The position numbers and the translations under genes were made by a program. The notes under the pieces are model-generated. The model was not told the DNA's origin, did no database searches, and worked only from the letters and a program-made list of their open reading frames with translations. A stretch of 63,876 nt of DNA, counting the filler, from Reticulomyxa filosa (taxonomy: Eukaryota; Protista; Foraminifera), in assembly GCA_000512085.1 (NCBI GenBank). It is 18 parts of 18 records of this genome, joined end to end, with 100 filler letters (N's around TTAATTAATTAA, not from the genome) between each part and the next. Parts side by side here need not be neighbours in the genome. Positions count along the whole stretch, not along the records: positions 62,770 to 63,876 come from ASPP01011671.1; 17 more parts are not named here. One strand, written 5' to 3'. The stretch's first letter is position 1; every line of letters starts with the position of its first letter. Below, in pieces: positions 62,770 to 63,876 of the stretch.

Positions 62770-63180
62770 GATCTCGTCCACGCCGACAATGCTCAGCGTC
62801 TGTTCGCTGCCGTTGCCGCGCAGGATGTCTACCGTGGCGGCAAAGAACACCTGGTCGCAGGCTTCGCGCCGTTCCGGGTCCACCACTTCGGCGATTTCCA
62901 GCCGCTTGGTCAGAAAGCGGATGCGGCGGTCGATCTCGCGCAGCCGGCGCTTGCCGTACAGGTAATCGCCGTTTTCCGAACGGTCGCCATTGCTGGCCGC
63001 CCAGTTCACCACCTGGGTCATGTGCGGGCGCTCGTGCTTCACCAGCTGGTTCAGCTCCTGACGCAGCCTCTCCCAGCCAGCGGGTGTGATGTAGTTCTTG
63101 GTGGCGGCCGGTAGCCGCTGCTCGGCGGGCAGATCGTCGTCGCCGTCTTCGTCCTGCTCTCGGGTAAATGCCTTGCTCAT
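62770..63180 (-). CDS. greB: Transcription elongation factor GreB, 3' truncated
   Basis: MSKAFTRE...NYITPAG...[36 protein letters not shown]. Confidence 0.95.
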
Positions 63181-63250
63181 CTTGCTCTCGTCACGGATAC
63201 CGTCACCCGGGCGGCCGCCATCGCAGAGGCCGCCAGACTGACACACTGAC

Positions 63251-63283
63251 AAAACAAACCCTGTCTGCATGGCAGACAGGGTT
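63251..63283 (-). terminator. Rho-independent terminator downstream of rluB
   Basis: 12-bp perfect stem AACCCTGTCTGC/GCAGACAGGGTT with a 3-nt loop, followed by TGTTTT on the minus strand. Confidence 0.75.
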
Positions 63284-63325
63284 GCGGATAACAGCGGCTG
63301 TCAGCGGGTGACAGCACAGCCCGGC

Positions 63326-63876
63326 TTAGCCGTTCTTGCCCGGCTTGGCCCTGGCCGGTCACGGTCAGACCGGCCCACTTCATCACAGCCGCCACCTCGG
63401 CTTCGTTCAGCTCGTAGTACTGGCCGCGCTTCAGGCGCGGGGGCAGACCGATATTACCAAAACGCACGCGGATCAGGCGGCTGACGGTCAGGCCGAAGTG
63501 CTCGAACATGCGGCGCACTTCGCGGTTACGGCCTTCACGGATCACCACGTTGTACCAGCGGTTGGCGCCCTCTTCGGCACCGCCTTTTTCGCTAACGCGC
63601 TGGAACACCGCCGGGCCGTCTTCCAGCTCGACGCCCTTGGTCATTTCCTGCATCTGCTCGCGGGTCAGCTCGCCCAGCACGCGCACCGAGTACTCGCGGT
63701 CGAATTCGAAGCTGGGGTGCATCATGCGGTTGGCCAGTTCGCCACTGGTGGTAATCAGCAGCAGGCCGGAGGTGTTCACGTCCAGACGGCCGATGGCCAC
63801 CCAGCGGCTGGATTTGGCTTGCGGCAGGCGGTCGAACACGGTGACGCGGCCTTCCGGGTCGTCACGGGTGACGATC
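63326..63876 (-). CDS. rluB: 23S rRNA pseudouridine synthase RluB, 5' truncated
   Basis: [47 protein letters not shown]. The true stop is probably TAA at 63326-63328, bypassed in the ORF track by a 1-bp insertion. Confidence 0.92.

Noticed and set aside
63177-63325. Extended RluB C-terminus overlapping greB, and the extended GreB N-terminus in the ORF track
   Set aside because: The RluB extension runs through a terminator hairpin and disappears if one extra G is removed. GreB starts convincingly at 63180.

Overview
This window is not one locus. It is 18 short unrelated contigs joined by 17 artificial 100-bp spacers (44 N + TTAATTAATTAA + 44 N), so gene order only means something within a contig. 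Most contigs come from an AT-rich, intron-rich eukaryote with long poly-T/poly-A and (TA)n tracts in its introns and a divergent alpha-tubulin; by inference this is a foraminiferan such as Reticulomyxa. They carry a protein with about 12-13 RPEL-like repeats, a TEY MAPK, Rab GDI, a cytochrome P450, a PUB-domain gene, a RasGEF with a degenerate FYVE-like finger, G-alpha, FUN14, a DysF-domain protein, a cNMP-binding protein, a HOOK-like adaptor, a SAM+PHD protein, a PDCD4-like MA3 protein, SND2/TMEM208, an SDR lacking its catalytic Tyr, a HAD hydrolase, pseudogenes and Tc1/mariner remnants. Three contigs are bacterial. One is low-GC and probably from a Rickettsiales-like symbiont: vsr, an MvaI/BcnI-type endonuclease with an EcoRII-N-like extra domain, a hypothetical ORF and the left end of an IS4/IS231-type element. 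Two are GC-rich and betaproteobacterial-like: flgE-flgF-flgG and rluB-greB. The best candidates for novelty are the multi-RPEL actin-binding protein and the EcoRII-N/MvaI fusion endonuclease; neither is shown to be undescribed without a database search. Single-base indels recur in both bacterial and eukaryotic genes and are most likely sequencing errors. All family assignments are by motif recognition only.
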